Source of the DNA: an uncultured Candidatus Saccharibacteria bacterium
Lineage (GTDB): Bacteria; Patescibacteriota; Minisyncoccia; Phycocordibacterales; Zambryskibacteraceae
Direction: 5' to 3'
Length of the DNA: 64,000 nucleotides
NCBI GenBank assembly: GCA_964504255.1
Contig: CAZDDU010000002.1
Span: 60,385-124,384, forward strand
Numbering within the stretch: the first letter of the stretch is position 1; each line of letters opens with the position of its first letter. The translations under genes and the position numbers were made by a program. The notes under the pieces were generated by a model. The model made no database searches. It was not told the origin of the DNA and saw nothing but the letters and a program-made list of their open reading frames with translations. This document shows positions 62,604 through 64,000 of the stretch, piece after piece.

Positions 62604-63478
62604 ATAGCCATATTTATAACATGGTTTACAAACTCTCTGGGTGTAATACCTACACCTTCTAAAGATCGGTGCATGTGTGATTCTGGTGTAATTACTGGAA
62701 GAGCAGTAGTCTCGAGTATATAAACCTTGCCTTTAGGGGTGACGACAAACTCCGAGGTAGAGTAATGACGGAGTCCAAGAGCCCGATGTGCCTCCGCTGA
62801 CATCCTTTCTATCTCCTTGTGTATATCTGATTTAAAGGTACTTGGAGTGGGTATAAGAGTGTACAAAGACTTGCCTCTGAAGTTCTCCACCACTCCACAC
62901 TTGGCACTGTCTCCTTTAATAAGTTCTTCAACTATTACCCTCTCTGCGTGCTTGAAGGCCTCCACCACAGAGTCCTTGAGCTCATTAAAGCTGTGTGCCA
63001 CTCTCTCGCCAATACTGCTCCTAGTCGAAACAGGTTTAATCATCACTGGATGCAAATAAGTTTGGAATATTCTAACCAAGTCATCATTGCTAATAGAGCC
63101 CAGGAGCACCTCGTGCTTGGGAGTAAGGAGACCATACTGGTCAAAGACTCTTTTAGCCAAATCTTTGTTTAAAGAAAATGCTAGGTGGAGTGAGGTCGAT
63201 CCCGTGTGGGGGACATTCATTTGTGAGAGCATTTGACCAAGTTCGCCGTCCTCACCGAACTCACCATGCATGGCATTCCACACCAAGTCCACATGTCGAA
63301 GAAGTTGGTGTGGCTCATACTTTCTGCCCATATGGTGCCACTCACCATCCTTTGATACGAAGATGTCTAAAGGCGTATACTTCGGCTCATCTCTAAGAAC
63401 CGAAAGAACTGTCTCCCCTGTTTTAAGAGAGTCATCATAATGATTGGAAGGTCCTCCGCGTAAAACAGCAATTCTCAT
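62600..63478 (-). CDS. ddl: D-alanine-D-alanine ligase family (ATP-grasp), divergent
   Basis: VLRGGPS, MHGEFGEDG, NKDLAK, IKP, VYILE...P. Confidence 0.8.
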   Translation of the reverse strand: MRIAVLRGGPSNHYDDSLKTGETVLSVLRDEPKYTPLDIFVSKDGEWHHMGRKYEPHQLLRHVDLVWNAMHGEFGEDGELGQMLSQMNVPHTGSTSLHLAFSLNKDLAKRVFDQYGLLTPKHEVLLGSISNDDLVRIFQTYLHPVMIKPVSTRSSIGERVAHSFNELKDSVVEAFKHAERVIVEELIKGDSAKCGVVENFRGKSLYTLIPTPSTFKSDIHKEIERMSAEAHRALGLRHYSTSEFVVTPKGKVYILETTALPVITPESHMHRSLEGVGITPREFVNHVINMAI

Positions 63479-63485
63479 GCTCTAA

Positions 63486-64000
63486 TTATATCCTAAATCC
63501 TTTGTTTCTGAGCTTCCTGTGGTAACCAATGGCAAATCTGTGTGCCTCGGCATTAGCTAAGAGTATAGACTTTTGCCATTTATTTACTATTTGCTTATTA
63601 CCTACTACTTCTCTGGCCTTATGTTTGTCATCCTTAACAACTGCCACTATTTCGACATTAGTATTCTTAAGAATTTCTTTTGCTGCATTTGCTTGACCCA
63701 CTCCGCCATCTATTACCACAATGTCTGGCATCTGCCACTCAGGATGATTGAGTCTTCTTGAGAGAACTTCTTTGAGATTGTTTACATCATCATTTTTATC
63801 TACCTTGATTTTGAATTTACGATACTGACTCTTGGAGACTTCGCCATCCTCCACAACCACCATTACACCAACTGTATTCGAGCCCGACAAATGAGCAATG
63901 TCATAAGCCTCTATGCGGTAAGCGCTTGTGGATTCTCCTCTTTCAATATCTCGCTTGATTAGGGCCATATCGTGGATATGCTCAAGAGCGAAAAGTGTTT
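63486..64000 (-). CDS. uvrC: UvrC C-terminal RNase H-like domain (5' part outside window; no HhH tail)
   Basis: RIEAYDIAHLSG, YRKFKI, PDIVVIDGGVGQ, EAHRFAI. Confidence 0.9.
   Translation of the reverse strand, partial: TLFALEHIHDMALIKRDIERGESTSAYRIEAYDIAHLSGSNTVGVMVVVEDGEVSKSQYRKFKIKVDKNDDVNNLKEVLSRRLNHPEWQMPDIVVIDGGVGQANAAKEILKNTNVEIVAVVKDDKHKAREVVGNKQIVNKWQKSILLANAEAHRFAIGYHRKLRNKGFRI

Noticed and set aside
1-64000. Alternative genetic code (UGA=Gly) as in Gracilibacteria/Absconditabacteria
   Set aside because: TGA ends genes at expected positions (ctpA, leuS, ddl) and core ORFs are uninterrupted under code 11.

Overview
This window looks like a chromosome segment of a Candidate Phyla Radiation (Patescibacteria, most likely Parcubacteria) bacterium using genetic code 11. 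Most of it is housekeeping: recR-dnaB, six aminoacyl-tRNA synthetases, a gltX-murG-ftsW-mraY-dac-scpBA cell-wall/SMC cluster, grpE-dnaK-dnaJ, the infA-rpmJ-rpsM-rpsK-rpsD-rpoA-rplQ-rplM-rpsI cluster, a lexA plus Y-family polymerase operon with a perfect GAAC-N4-GTTC operator, a MacB-type ABC exporter, a VirD4/TraG-like ATPase, ychF, ddl, uvrC and tRNA-Ala(UGC). Several core proteins are internally shortened. The main unexplained signal is two separate gene-expression grammars. Core genes have no Shine-Dalgarno (SD) site and are very often preceded by a -10 hexamer only 6-8 nt before the start codon, which suggests leaderless mRNA. In contrast, about 15 small ORFans sit between core operons as self-contained cassettes, typically with a TTGACA-N17-TAnnnT promoter, a leader with a GGAG/GAGG SD, and their own terminator. 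Five of these genes form a tandem array (16.8-18.6 kb) containing a three-member H..CxxC..H microprotein family, tautomerase-like domains (one fused to that family) and an orphan Phd/YefM protein. Several microproteins missed by the ORF track, two non-canonical start codons, a short REP-like repeat (one copy in-frame in scpB) and a structured element behind tRNA-Ala are also reported. All functional calls rest on motif recognition by eye; no database searches were run.
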